Notes: a model not told the origin generated them from the letters alone. DNA of 46,195 nt from an uncultured Collinsella sp. (GCA_900550825.1 URTZ01000001.1:1-46195), one strand, 5' to 3'. Numbered from the stretch's first letter, positions 8,622 to 18,895 are shown. Numbers and translations: made by a program.

Positions 8622-10646
8622 CTACATCAAGTTGCAAACAGCCGCCGCGAAGGCAACGGGGTCCTCGGGGAGGATGCCCTCGACCAGCAGGGCCTGATCG
8701 TAGAGCAGACCAGAGTACTGCTTGATCTTGTCGGCGTCGCCTGCCTTCTGGGCAGCGACAAGCTTGTCAAAGACCGGGTGCTTGGCGTTGAGCTCGAGCA
8801 CGCGTTGGCTCTTGGGCATGCCGTCGGGCGCGCCCTCGGGTCCCTTCTGGAGCACCTTCTCCATCTCGAGCGAAAGTGGGCCCTCGGTGGTGATACAAGC
8901 GGGGGCATCGGTCAGGCGCGCGGAGACGGCGACTTTCTCGACCTTGTCACCGAGCGCCTCCTTCATAGCGCTAAAGAGGTCCTCGTTCTCCTTGGTGGCG
9001 TCCTCGGCCTCCTTCTTCTCGTCCTCGGTCGCCAGGTCAAGATCACCGGTCGCAACGTTCTTGAGCTCTAGATGACGATCCTCGACCTCGGGCTCGGCAC
9101 CGTCGGCCACAGCCTTCTCGGCAGCCTCGCGGGCAGCATCGTCCTCGTAGATCTTGGGCATATCGGCGGCAACGTACTCACGCATAGCCTGGAACGTGAA
9201 CTCATCCACATCCTGCGTCAGCAGCAGCACGTCATAGCCGCGGTCGAGCACGCCCTTTACCACGGGCATCTTGGCCAAGCGCTCACGCGAGTCGCCGGCG
9301 GCGTAGTAGATGGCCTTCTGATCCTCAGGCATGCCCTTGGCATACTCGGCCAGGGTAATCATCTTCTGTTCCTTGGCAGACCAGAACAGCAACAGGTCGG
9401 CGAGCTCATCGGCCTTCATGCCATAGCTCGAGTAGATGCCGTACTTAAGACCGCGGCCAAAGTTCTCAAAGAACTTCTCGTAGGCCTCGCGGTCGTTGTC
9501 ACGCATATCCTCAAGGTCGGCGGTAATCTTCTTTTCCACACGCTTGGCGATGGCCTTGAGCTGACGGTTCTGCTGCAGCGTCTCGCGCGAGATGTTGAGC
9601 GACACGTCGGCGGAATCCACGACGCCGCGGACAAAGTTGTAGTAGTCGGGCAGCAGGTCGTCGCACTTCTCCATGATCAGGACGTTGGAGCTGTAGAGCG
9701 CCAGACCCTTCTCGTAGTCCTTGCTGTACAGATCGAACGGCGCGCGTCCCGGCACAAACAGCAGGGCGTCATACTCGAGCGTGCCCTCGGCGTGGAAGCT
9801 GATGGTGCGCGCAGGATCGTCAAAGTCGTGGAACGTGGACTTGTAGAACTCGTCGTAGTCCTTCTGCTCGACATCGGAGCTGTGCTTCTTCCAGATCGGT
9901 GTCATGGAATTGACGGTCTCGAGCTCCTGGTAGTCCTCGTACTCGGGCTTGTAATCGTCGCCGGCGTCCTCGGGCTTGGGTTTCTGGCGGCTCTTGGACA
10001 CCATCATCTGGATCGGGTAACGCACATAGTTACTGTACTGCTGAATCAGGCTCTTGAGACCCCACTCGGTCAGGAAGCGATCGTAGGTCTCGGCCTCGCC
10101 GTCGGCATCGAGCTTCTCGTTCTCGCGCAGCGTCAGGATGACATCGGTACCGTGCTCGGCGCGCTCGCCGTCCTCGATGGTGTAGCCCTCAAGACCGTCG
10201 GATTCCCACACATGGGCGACATCCTCGCCGTAGGCGCGGCTGACGACCTTCACATGGCTGGCGACCATAAAAGCCGAGTAGAAGCCCACGCCAAACTGAC
10301 CGATGATGTCGACATCGGAGCCCTGCTGCTCGGCGTTCTCGGTCTTAAACTCCTCGGAGCCGGAATGGGCGATGGTGCCCAGATTGCGCTCCAGCTCCTC
10401 GGCGGTCATGCCAATGCCGTTATCCGAGATGGTAATGGTGCGGGCGTCTTTATCAAAGGAGACGCGAATGGCCAGGTCGCCCTGGTCGATCTTGACGCTC
10501 GGGTCCTGCAGGCTCTTAAAGTTGAGCTTGTCGACGGCGTCGCTCGCGTTAGAGATAAGCTCGCGCAGGAAGATTTCTTTATTGGTGTAGATGGAGTTGA
10601 TCATGAGGTCGAGCAGTTTTTTGCTCTCGGTCTTAAATTGACGCAT
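8622..10646 (-). CDS. htpG: Molecular chaperone HtpG (Hsp90)
   Basis: EIFLRELISNASDA, DNGIGMT, IGQFGVGFYSAF, LNISRETLQ. Confidence 0.98.
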   Translation of the reverse strand: MRQFKTESKKLLDLMINSIYTNKEIFLRELISNASDAVDKLNFKSLQDPSVKIDQGDLAIRVSFDKDARTITISDNGIGMTAEELERNLGTIAHSGSEEFKTENAEQQGSDVDIIGQFGVGFYSAFMVASHVKVVSRAYGEDVAHVWESDGLEGYTIEDGERAEHGTDVILTLRENEKLDADGEAETYDRFLTEWGLKSLIQQYSNYVRYPIQMMVSKSRQKPKPEDAGDDYKPEYEDYQELETVNSMTPIWKKHSSDVEQKDYDEFYKSTFHDFDDPARTISFHAEGTLEYDALLFVPGRAPFDLYSKDYEKGLALYSSNVLIMEKCDDLLPDYYNFVRGVVDSADVSLNISRETLQQNRQLKAIAKRVEKKITADLEDMRDNDREAYEKFFENFGRGLKYGIYSSYGMKADELADLLLFWSAKEQKMITLAEYAKGMPEDQKAIYYAAGDSRERLAKMPVVKGVLDRGYDVLLLTQDVDEFTFQAMREYVAADMPKIYEDDAAREAAEKAVADGAEPEVEDRHLELKNVATGDLDLATEDEKKEAEDATKENEDLFSAMKEALGDKVEKVAVSARLTDAPACITTEGPLSLEMEKVLQKGPEGAPDGMPKSQRVLELNAKHPVFDKLVAAQKAGDADKIKQYSGLLYDQALLVEGILPEDPVAFAAAVCNLM

Positions 10647-10849
10647 GTGCAGTCCTTTCGCGCTACCCCCGTCCGCAAAAAACGGCCCGGTCGCCCGAGC
10701 CGCATCGCAGACCTGCTATGTTCAGACTTAGATTTTATAACCCATTAACGCGCATATATACATACGGAATCGAAAAACTGTATGTCCGAGCGCTCTGATG
10801 CGCCAATTGCCAAGGAGTGTCCCAAACTGCCGGCAGGAAAGGAACGTTC

Positions 10850-11350
10850 CTATCTGCCATCTACGCGCTTGGCCATCCAGACATGGGGCTGGCCCTCGTC
10901 TTCGTAATCTACCGGGGCAATTTGCGTGTAGCCCGCCTTTGCATAGAGCGGCAACACGTATTCCTGCGCATGCAGCTTAATAAGCTTAGCGCCGGCATCG
11001 CGTGCACACGAAGCACTGGCCTCGACGATCGCACTCGCCAGTCCGCGACGACGCATAGCCGGCAGCACGGCGACGCGCCCCATAATGTAGGTCTCCCCCG
11101 CCGCAACGCCTTCGTCCATGTCGCATGCCGGCAACACCGGGGCCTCTGCGTCAGCCACGCGCTCAAGCTCTTCGGGAAACACGCGCGAGCAACCGGCAAG
11201 CTCGCCGTCTACATAGAGCGTCACATGAATGCAGTTTGGATCCTCGTCGATAGCGTCGAACTCATTCTCGTAGCCTTGCTCGTCCATAAAAATGACGCGG
11301 CGCACCAACGCCGCGTCATCAAAGCATCCCGTCTTAAGTTGGATATCCAT
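10850..11350 (-). CDS. GNAT family N-acetyltransferase (ElaA/YjcF-like)
   Basis: VRRVIFMDEQG, GRVAVLPAMRRRGLAS, LHAQ, LYAKAGY, PHVWM. Confidence 0.88.
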   Translation of the reverse strand: MDIQLKTGCFDDAALVRRVIFMDEQGYENEFDAIDEDPNCIHVTLYVDGELAGCSRVFPEELERVADAEAPVLPACDMDEGVAAGETYIMGRVAVLPAMRRRGLASAIVEASASCARDAGAKLIKLHAQEYVLPLYAKAGYTQIAPVDYEDEGQPHVWMAKRVDGR

Positions 11351-11389
11351 GGCTGCCCTTTCATTCAATGCGAACGTTAGGGACAGATA

Positions 11390-12040
11390 TTAGCGAAAAT
11401 GAGCTCCGCGCACGCTAAACTTCGCGCGAGCCTTCGCCAGGCAGTCGTAATGACCCGCGTTATGGGCATCGCTCGCGATGAAGCTGTACAGGTTCTGATC
11501 GAACAGGCGCTGTGCCGGCTTTTTCTCGCGACCAAAGCGACCGCCGGCAATAAAGTCCGCCGAAGCCTGCAGCTTGCAGCCCATATCGACCAGGCGCTCC
11601 GCCACGCTTACATCCTTTTGAACCGCACGATAGCGCTCAGGATGAGCGATAATCACCTGGTAACCACGGCACTGCAAATCGTAAATCGTGTTCTCGTACT
11701 CTCTAAACGCATACGCATCGGCATGCGTCGAAAGCTCGAGCAGAAACTCGTTGGTCCCATCGAAATGCAAGTGCTCCGCGGCATCGATACCAAGCTCAAC
11801 GAGCTTTCGATGGTTGACCTCGAAGCCCATCTGGAGCGGAAAACCGTCAGCGTTATCACGCAGCAGCTCAAAGGCATCCCACATCTTGTCGTAATCAAAA
11901 TAGGGATCACGGCAGTGAGGAGTGCAAACGATTCTGGTTACACCGGCCCGCTTGGCAGCCTCGAGCATCGCCAAGCTCTCATCGAGATCGGCGGCGCCGT
12001 CGTCTACACCCGGCAAGATATGGCAATGAATGTCACGCAT
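11390..12040 (-). CDS. PHP-family protein-tyrosine phosphatase (CpsB/Wzb-like)
   Basis: DIHCHILPGVDDG, TPH, IAHPERY, ASDAH. Confidence 0.92.
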   Translation of the reverse strand: MRDIHCHILPGVDDGAADLDESLAMLEAAKRAGVTRIVCTPHCRDPYFDYDKMWDAFELLRDNADGFPLQMGFEVNHRKLVELGIDAAEHLHFDGTNEFLLELSTHADAYAFREYENTIYDLQCRGYQVIIAHPERYRAVQKDVSVAERLVDMGCKLQASADFIAGGRFGREKKPAQRLFDQNLYSFIASDAHNAGHYDCLAKARAKFSVRGAHFR

Positions 12041-12057
12041 AGGTCAGCCTTAATCAA

Positions 12058-12795
12058 CTAAACGTTTGCTCGGTTGGTGAAGATGCCCTTTTTGGAAGTC
12101 CCCTGATCGTCGGAGCCCTTCTTCACCTTCTTACCGTCCTTGGTGTAGTAGGAGTAGTAGTACTCGCTAGTCTCGGTCTCGCAGTAGTTCATAACGGTAC
12201 CGATGAGCTTGACCTTCTCGGACTTCTTAAGCTGACCGATGGCGTTGAGCGCCTCCTCGCGCTTGGTGAAGTCCTCACGCACGACAAAAAGCGCACCGTC
12301 GGTCAGACTTGCGATCTCGGCAGCATCGATGAAGGTGCCGACCGGGGGAGCATCAAAGATGACGTACTGGAACTTGGCGGACAGTGCCTTTACCAGCTTG
12401 GCAAAGCGGTGAGAGACGATGATGTCGGCAGGATTGGGAATATGCGGCTCGGCATCGAGGAAGTAGAAGTTCTTCTGACCCGTCTCGACAATCGCCTGGT
12501 CAATAGAAACCTGCTCGGAAAGGACTGCATAGAGTCCGCCGCGGGAGCGGACGCCGAGCATATCGGCAAGGGACCTGCGACGCATATCAGCCTCGACCAG
12601 CAGGACGCTCTTGCCGCTGGTGGCGATAGCCTGGGCAAGGTTGATGGAAACCGTAGACTTGCCCTCGTTGGGAATCGAGGACGTAACGGTGATGGTGCGA
12701 ATGGGGTCGTCCACGCTCGCAAAGCGGATGTTGGCCAGAAGGGTCTTGGCGGCATTCTGTACAACGAGCTTATCGGTGTTCTTTGCCTTAGCCAT
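12058..12795 (-). CDS. BY-kinase catalytic subunit (CpsD/Wze-like)
   Basis: Walker A PNEGKST, LLVEADMR, IFDAPP, C-terminal tyrosine cluster EYYYSYY. Confidence 0.93.
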   Translation of the reverse strand: MAKAKNTDKLVVQNAAKTLLANIRFASVDDPIRTITVTSSIPNEGKSTVSINLAQAIATSGKSVLLVEADMRRRSLADMLGVRSRGGLYAVLSEQVSIDQAIVETGQKNFYFLDAEPHIPNPADIIVSHRFAKLVKALSAKFQYVIFDAPPVGTFIDAAEIASLTDGALFVVREDFTKREEALNAIGQLKKSEKVKLIGTVMNYCETETSEYYYSYYTKDGKKVKKGSDDQGTSKKGIFTNRANV

Positions 12796-12797
12796 GC

Positions 12798-13454
12798 CTA
12801 TTTACCACCTTTCATAGCCGGAATTCGGCCAACAACGGGAATGCCCAGGAGCTCTTCTGCCTCTTCGGCACCGCGGATGCGGGTGTTGAGCATGTCTGCC
12901 AAAACGACATAGGCAACTGCGATAAAGATGCCCGCGAGGAACGCGACAGCAACGTACAGCATACGCTTGGGGCCGCTGGGGACTTCGGGAGTCTTAGCCT
13001 CGTCGATAACGTTGATGCTCTGGGCAGCGCCGACGTTCTGAGCGACCGTACTCACCGAGCTGGCCATGGCCTTTGCGACCTTAGCCGTCTCCTTGGCATC
13101 GGTGCCGGTAACCGAAAGCGTAATGACACGCGTGGTGGTCTCGGAGGAAACAGACACCTTGTAGTCATCCAGATCGGTGAGGCCCAGTTCATTGGCTGCG
13201 CCGCTCTTAACGCTATCGCTATCCAGCAGCGTGGCGATATCGTTGGAAAGCATCTGACTCGCCGAGAGATCGTTGTAGCTCATCTGGCCGCTATCGTCGG
13301 TCTTGGCGAGAATGTACATGCTCGTCGTCGCGGTATAGGTGTTGTCCATCGCAACGAAGGACACGATGCCCATGGCGATCGCGCAGACCACCGGAAGGGT
13401 GATGACCAGCTGAAGGTGCTTCTTCAGCAGCTGGAACAGTTCGAGAAGGGTCAT
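12798..13454 (-). CDS. BY-kinase membrane modulator / chain-length determinant (CpsC/Wzd-like)
   Basis: Two TM segments, YTATTSMYI, PSGPK, C-terminal LGIPVVGRIP. Confidence 0.9.
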   Translation of the reverse strand: MTLLELFQLLKKHLQLVITLPVVCAIAMGIVSFVAMDNTYTATTSMYILAKTDDSGQMSYNDLSASQMLSNDIATLLDSDSVKSGAANELGLTDLDDYKVSVSSETTTRVITLSVTGTDAKETAKVAKAMASSVSTVAQNVGAAQSINVIDEAKTPEVPSGPKRMLYVAVAFLAGIFIAVAYVVLADMLNTRIRGAEEAEELLGIPVVGRIPAMKGGK

Positions 13455-13649
13455 GCAGCTTGCCTTTCATTTCCCCAGTTCGGATTGACAAAACTGTCCA
13501 TATGTTATCGCATCTTTTTACCGAGACCAAACTCTATACATAAGAAACAGGCTCTCCTGTAAAAATGTCGGAAGCAATCGTAAAATTGCACAACAACGCC
13601 GCACCCGAAAGTCAAATGCGGCGTCTGCATCAATATCTATGTTGTATCG

Positions 13650-15074
13650 CTATGCGAATGGCTCGTCCTGCTGTATGGGAAACGTCACCGTAATGGTGGT
13701 TCCCACGCCCAACGCGCTCGACAAATCGAGCGTGGCGTGATGATACAGGGCCGCATGCTTGACAATGGCAAGCCCCAGGCCGGTTCCGCCGCGTGCCTTG
13801 GACCTACTCTTGTCCACGCGATAGAACCGCTCAAATACCTTGCCCTGTTCTTCAGGCGCGATACCGATTCCCGTGTCGGCGACCGCGAGGAACGGATGGC
13901 CTTCGTCGTTGGTGCCGCACTGCAGCGTAACCGTACCGCCGGGCCGATTGTAGCGGATGGCGTTGCTTGCCAGATTATAGATGAGCTCGTCGATCAAGCG
14001 CGACACGCCTTCGATGACCACAGGCTTGGTCTCATGACTTATCGTCACATTCGCCTGACGGGCGACCTGTTCAAGACGCTGCTCAACCGCGTAGATGGCA
14101 CGCGAGAGCTCAATAGGCTCCGTGGACCCAATGGGCACCGCCTCGCCCTCAGTTGCACGCTCGGCCTCGTCCAAGTTAGACAGCGTAAGGATGTCGTTGA
14201 CGAGCGCCGCCAAGCGGCCTGCCTCACGATAGATGCGACCGCCAAAGTTGCGCAGGTCGTCCTCGCCCTCGACCATGCCGTTTGCGATGAGCTCGGCATA
14301 GCCCGAAATCGCCGTAAGCGGCGTCTTGAGCTCATGGGTGATATTCGCCGTGAACTCGCGGCGCATACGGTCGTTGTCCGCCAGCACCGCCATTTGGCGC
14401 TTGAGCTCCTGGCGCTGCGACTCAATACGCTCAAGCATGGGGACCATCTCGGCATAGGCGTGCTCATAGCTACGGCGTGGGTGGTCCAAATCCACCTCTT
14501 GCAACGGCGCGATGATGGCACGGGACTCGCGGCGCGCCATAAAAAACGAGAGTACCGCACCCGCTGCTGCGACAAGCAGCATCGGCGCCACCATCGACAG
14601 CATAATCGCCGCAACGCCAGGCTGGGCCTGCGCCAAGCGGACAACCTGGCCGTTATCAAGGGCGACGGCGCGATACAGCATAATCTCGTCGAGCGTAGAG
14701 CTTGCGCGCTCCGCGGAACCCGAACCACTCTCAAAGGCCTCGATGACCTCGGGGCGATCGCCATGGTTGGGCAGTGTGGAAGGCGACGCCTCGTTGTCGT
14801 AGGCAACCGATCCATCCTTGTTAATCAGCGTGATGCGCAAGTCCTCTCGATCGAGGCTACGCAAGAACGGGATGGGCTCCTGCTGCTCGTCGAGGGCGGC
14901 AGCAATGAGCTCGGTTTCTTGCGCCAGGTTGGCACTCGTGGCATCCGCCAAGGTGTTTTGCACAAAGAACGCACCCAGCACCGTAAACGCCACGATAACC
15001 GCCATGGCGCAGACAAAGATCGTCACAAAAACGCGGTGCGACAGCGTATGTTTTCCCTGGGGGGCGAAGACCAC
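13650..15074 (-). CDS. phoR: Sensor histidine kinase, PhoR-like
   Basis: H-box THELKTP, NAIRY, DTGIGI, FERFYRVDKSRS, GTGLGL; extracellular NHGDRPEV motif; next to pstB. Confidence 0.8.
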   Translation of the reverse strand: MVFAPQGKHTLSHRVFVTIFVCAMAVIVAFTVLGAFFVQNTLADATSANLAQETELIAAALDEQQEPIPFLRSLDREDLRITLINKDGSVAYDNEASPSTLPNHGDRPEVIEAFESGSGSAERASSTLDEIMLYRAVALDNGQVVRLAQAQPGVAAIMLSMVAPMLLVAAAGAVLSFFMARRESRAIIAPLQEVDLDHPRRSYEHAYAEMVPMLERIESQRQELKRQMAVLADNDRMRREFTANITHELKTPLTAISGYAELIANGMVEGEDDLRNFGGRIYREAGRLAALVNDILTLSNLDEAERATEGEAVPIGSTEPIELSRAIYAVEQRLEQVARQANVTISHETKPVVIEGVSRLIDELIYNLASNAIRYNRPGGTVTLQCGTNDEGHPFLAVADTGIGIAPEEQGKVFERFYRVDKSRSKARGGTGLGLAIVKHAALYHHATLDLSSALGVGTTITVTFPIQQDEPFA

Positions 15075-15077
15075 GGG

Positions 15078-15806
15078 TTACTCCTCCGATGCGGTGGCCG
15101 CGGTGTCGTCACCTTCGGCACCATCACCGGCAGAAGGCTCGGCCAAGCGGTAGCCCACGCCGCGCACGGTCTCGATGGCGCCGGCATGCTCGCCCAGTTT
15201 TTGGCGAAGCGTCTGCACGTGCACGTCAACGGTGCGCGAACCGCCGTCGAAGTCCCAGCCCCACACGCTCTGCAGCAACGACTCGCGGGTAAAGACCACG
15301 CCGGGCTTGCGCATGAGGTACTCGAGCAGGTCGAACTCGCGCAGGGTGAGCTTAAGCGGCTCGCCGGCAACGGTCACCTCGCGATGGCTGGGCGAGAGCA
15401 CGATGTCGCCCACGCTGAGCACATCGCTCGCCTGCTTGACCATGCCGCCGCGACGCAGCAGTGCGCGGCAGCGGCTCGCAAGCTCCATGAGCGAAAACGG
15501 CTTAGTCAGGTAATCGTCGGCACCGCCATCGAGCGCCATCACCTTGTCGAGCTCGGTATCCTTGGCGGTAAGCATCATGATGGGCACCGTCGCCGTCAGG
15601 CGATCGGCACGCAGTCGACGCATAATCGCCAAGCCATCGGTATCGGGCAGCATGATGTCGAGCAGGACGGCATCGGGTACCCGTCGCGCCACGGCAGCCT
15701 TAAACTCACCGTCGCACGAAAAGCCTTCGGCCTCAATCCCCTGCTTGCGCAGCGCATAGACCGTCAAATCCCTGATGTTGTCATCGTCCTCGACGTAATA
15801 GATCAT
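15078..15806 (-). CDS. OmpR-family response regulator, PhoB/PhoP-like
   Basis: VEDD, LDIMLP, GADDYLTKPF, RTVDVHV, TVRGVGY; ATG at 15806 has an RBS. Confidence 0.9.
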   Translation of the reverse strand: MIYYVEDDDNIRDLTVYALRKQGIEAEGFSCDGEFKAAVARRVPDAVLLDIMLPDTDGLAIMRRLRADRLTATVPIMMLTAKDTELDKVMALDGGADDYLTKPFSLMELASRCRALLRRGGMVKQASDVLSVGDIVLSPSHREVTVAGEPLKLTLREFDLLEYLMRKPGVVFTRESLLQSVWGWDFDGGSRTVDVHVQTLRQKLGEHAGAIETVRGVGYRLAEPSAGDGAEGDDTAATASEE

Positions 15807-15870
15807 GTTGAACCCCTTTGCGGCCGGCATGACCGCATCTTAACCCTAAAGGTACCTTTACTAGATGGTA

Positions 15871-16746
15871 TCAGCCAAAACGTCCCGTCAAATAATCCGC
15901 CGTGCGCGGATCGGTCGGATTCTTGAAGAGTTGCGCGGTGGGCGCGTGCTCCACCAGCTCACCCAGCAAAAAGAATGCGACCGAATCGGAGATACGCGCC
16001 GCCTGCTGCATATTGTGCGTAACGACCACGAGCGTGCAGGTCTCTTTGAGCTCGCAGGCCAGCTGCTCCACCACCAGCGTCGACACAGGGTCGAGTGCCG
16101 AGGTCGGCTCGTCCATCAGCAGAATGTCGGGCTGCACGGCAAGTGCGCGGGCGATGCACAGGCGCTGCTGCTGTCCACCCGAAAGACCCAGGCCCGACTC
16201 CTTGAGCTTGTCCTTGACCTCATCCCATAGCGCAGCGCGACGAAGGGAATCCTCGACCAGCCCATCCAGCACAGCGCGATCGCGCACGCCCATGCCGCGC
16301 GGCCCATAGGCGACGTTGTCGTAGATGCTCATGGGAAACGGGTTGGGGCGCTGGAACACCATGCCCACGCGCTGGCGCAAACGGCAGATGTCGTAATCGC
16401 CCAGGATATCTTGACCATCGAGCGCAATCTTGCCCTCGATGCGGCAATCCTTGATGCCGTCGTTCATGCGGTTAAAGCAGCGCAGCAACGTGGACTTTCC
16501 GCAGCCCGAAGGCCCGATGAACGAGGTGATCTGCTTGTCGCGGATCTTGATATTCACGTCCTTGAGCGCATGATGGTCGCCATAGAACAGGTCGAGGCCC
16601 TCGACATCGATGCGCGTCGGCGAGGCGGCAAGATCCTCTGCCGTGGGGCGAGTCGCATCCCCAACCTCGCGCTCATGCGCGGCCTCGGCCTGCGCTTCCA
16701 TGAGTTCTTCAAGCTCCGTGGGCTCCACAGCCGCAGCAGCCGTCAT
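15871..16746 (-). CDS. pstB: Phosphate ABC transporter ATP-binding protein
   Basis: [52 protein letters not shown]. Confidence 0.95.
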   Translation of the reverse strand: MTAAAAVEPTELEELMEAQAEAAHEREVGDATRPTAEDLAASPTRIDVEGLDLFYGDHHALKDVNIKIRDKQITSFIGPSGCGKSTLLRCFNRMNDGIKDCRIEGKIALDGQDILGDYDICRLRQRVGMVFQRPNPFPMSIYDNVAYGPRGMGVRDRAVLDGLVEDSLRRAALWDEVKDKLKESGLGLSGGQQQRLCIARALAVQPDILLMDEPTSALDPVSTLVVEQLACELKETCTLVVVTHNMQQAARISDSVAFFLLGELVEHAPTAQLFKNPTDPRTADYLTGRFG

Positions 16747-16785
16747 ACCGCATACCTCCACATCGATATCAATTCAGCAGTATCG

Positions 16786-16839
16786 ATAGTAGGAATCGCG
16801 GCTCATATGCACGTGAGCGCATTGTCAAGTGTTTGTAAG
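16786..16839 (-). promoter_or_regulatory. Putative Pho-box promoter of pstB-phoB-phoR
   Basis: Minus strand CTTACA-N5-TTGACA-N5-CTCACG at 11-bp period; the last repeat sits at the -35 position of a TACTAT -10. Confidence 0.55.
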
Positions 16840-16849
16840 GGCACACTGG

Positions 16850-18094
16850 CTATGCGGCGGGCAGCTCGATGGTGAATATCGTGTGTTCGGGCGTCGATTC
16901 ACATGCAACGGTACCGCCGTGCGCGCATACGATCTCCTTGGCGATGGCAAGCCCCAGTCCAGCGCCGCCGCGATTGGTCGCACGCGCCGCATCCAGGCGA
17001 TAGAACTTCTCAAAGATCACCTTGAGCTTTGCCTCAGGGATGGGATCGCCCTGATTGATAAAGCGCACGCGCACGCCACCGCCGTCCCGGCGTCTGGCCT
17101 CGATCGTGATGGTCGAGCCCTCATAGCTATAGGCAACGGCGTTTTTCATGATGTTGTTGAACACGCGAGCCATCTTGTCGCCATCCACGAGCACCGTCAG
17201 GTCCTCGCGAATATCAACTTGGGCTTCCTTATGCTGCTCGTTGAGGATGGGATAGAACTCGTCAGCCACCTGAGCCAGCAGCAACCCCAGATCAACATAG
17301 CCGCGCGTGAGCACGATATCGTGGAAGTCAAAGCGCGTGATATCGAAGAACTCTTCGATGAGTGCATCGAGCCGGTGCGCCTTGTCGAGCGCCACGCCCG
17401 TAAAGTGCGCACGTTGCTCAACCGGCAGCTCGGGAGCCTCTTGCAGCAGCGAAAGATAGCCCACCACACTGGCAAGCGGGGTGCGTAGGTCATGTGCCAA
17501 GTACGTGACCAAATCGTCCTTGCGATGAGACTCGTCACGCAGAGCTTGCTGCACCTTGTGCTCACGGTCACGCACGCGGTTAAGGGCGCCCTCGACCTCC
17601 AAGAAGTCGCCGTCAATGTTGTCCCAGGTGTCGGGGTGATCGATCAGGCGATCTTGAATACGAGCGGCCAGCACACAATCGGCATGCTGCTCGCCCTGCT
17701 CGTAGCCCTGGTAGTACAGGGCGCGGCCGCACAAGAACAGCACGCACACGGCAAGCGCCAGCACAAAGCCAAGCATGTTGAATACAAAGCCGGCATCGAA
17801 CAGCACCGGCCCTTCAATGCCGCCGAGCGCCATGGCGCCAATCGCCAACGTCATGGCCCACGCGGCGCCGCCAATCACCACGCAGCGGCGAACGATCTCA
17901 AATCGATCGATCAGCAAAAAGCCGATAAGCAGCACCGCCAAGATTCCGGCGATGTTATCGATGCCAATCAGCAGCAGGCTCAGCAAAAAGAGCAGCACCG
18001 TTGCAAGCGCGCGGTTGTCGACGACCGACCTCACGTATTCAAAGAGTCGATCGGGCACCTCGAATGCCTGCCTATCGTCTTTTGTCATATCCAC
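16850..18094 (-). CDS. Sensor histidine kinase, VanS-like
   Basis: RKDDLVTYLAHDLRTPL, LIEEFFDITRF, RVFNNIMKNAVAYS, IFEKFYRLD, GGAGLGLAIAKEIV. Confidence 0.88.
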   Translation of the reverse strand: MDMTKDDRQAFEVPDRLFEYVRSVVDNRALATVLLFLLSLLLIGIDNIAGILAVLLIGFLLIDRFEIVRRCVVIGGAAWAMTLAIGAMALGGIEGPVLFDAGFVFNMLGFVLALAVCVLFLCGRALYYQGYEQGEQHADCVLAARIQDRLIDHPDTWDNIDGDFLEVEGALNRVRDREHKVQQALRDESHRKDDLVTYLAHDLRTPLASVVGYLSLLQEAPELPVEQRAHFTGVALDKAHRLDALIEEFFDITRFDFHDIVLTRGYVDLGLLLAQVADEFYPILNEQHKEAQVDIREDLTVLVDGDKMARVFNNIMKNAVAYSYEGSTITIEARRRDGGGVRVRFINQGDPIPEAKLKVIFEKFYRLDAARATNRGGAGLGLAIAKEIVCAHGGTVACESTPEHTIFTIELPAA

Positions 18095-18113
18095 TTCCCC
18101 ACCATCAAAGGCG

Positions 18114-18809
18114 CTATTCGATTATGTAGCCGACGCCCCAGACGTTTTTGATAAAGCGCGGCTTTTGTGCGTCGTCGCCGATCTTTTCGCGCAGGTGGCG
18201 AATGTGCACCATCACCGTATTGTTGGAGCCGGGCATAAAGTCCTCGTTCCACACCGCGCGGAACAGGTCCTCCACGGCCGCCACGCTGCCGCGATGCTCG
18301 ACCAGATACAGCAAGATGGAATACTCGATGGGCGTGAGGCGAACCGGTGAACCGTCCACTGTCACGGAACGAGCATCGCGGTTGATCTCCAGGCCGTCGA
18401 GCTGAATGGTCGGCGACTCGGCCGCCTGTGCACGGCTACCGTAGCTGGTGTAGCGGCGAAGTTGAGCGTGCACGCGCGCGATGAGCTCCAGCGGACGGAA
18501 CGGCTTAACCACGTAATCGTCCGCGCCAAGCGAAAGGCCCTCGATCTTGTCTTGCTGGGCATCGCGCGCCGTCAGCATGATCACGGGATAGGTATGGCTG
18601 GAACGGATTGTACGCAGCAGCTCAAACCCATCGATATCGGGCAGCATGACATCCAGCAGCGCCAGATCGAACTCCTGCTCCAAGATTGCCTTGGCGGCAT
18701 CGGCCCCGCTATAGGCAATCTGGACATCAAAGCCCTCTTTTGTAAGGTAGATACCAACCAAGTCGGCGATGGCCTTTTCGTCATCAACTACCAAAATGCG
18801 CTCGTTCAT
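18114..18809 (-). CDS. OmpR-family response regulator, VanR-like
   Basis: ILVVDDEKAIADLV, HTYPVIMLTA, KPFRPLELIARV, NNTVMVHIRHLREK, VWGVGY. Confidence 0.9.
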   Translation of the reverse strand: MNERILVVDDEKAIADLVGIYLTKEGFDVQIAYSGADAAKAILEQEFDLALLDVMLPDIDGFELLRTIRSSHTYPVIMLTARDAQQDKIEGLSLGADDYVVKPFRPLELIARVHAQLRRYTSYGSRAQAAESPTIQLDGLEINRDARSVTVDGSPVRLTPIEYSILLYLVEHRGSVAAVEDLFRAVWNEDFMPGSNNTVMVHIRHLREKIGDDAQKPRFIKNVWGVGYIIE

Positions 18810-18868
18810 GCGTGCTCCTCTCGCGCTCCATTATGCCCGAGGCGACGCATGCCACACACAACAAGCGT

Positions 18869-18895
18869 GGGTGATTAAGTCGGCCTTAAGCACCC
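18869..18895. promoter_or_regulatory. Putative response-regulator binding site in a divergent promoter
   Basis: GGGTGATTAAG-TCGGC-CTTAAGCACCC: TTAAG direct repeat at 11 bp that is also a near-perfect palindrome. Confidence 0.5.

Noticed and set aside
10647..10850. CIRCE or HAIR heat-shock operator upstream of htpG
   Set aside because: Neither TTAGCACTC-N9-GAGTGCTAA nor CTTGAGT-N7-ACTCAAG is present.
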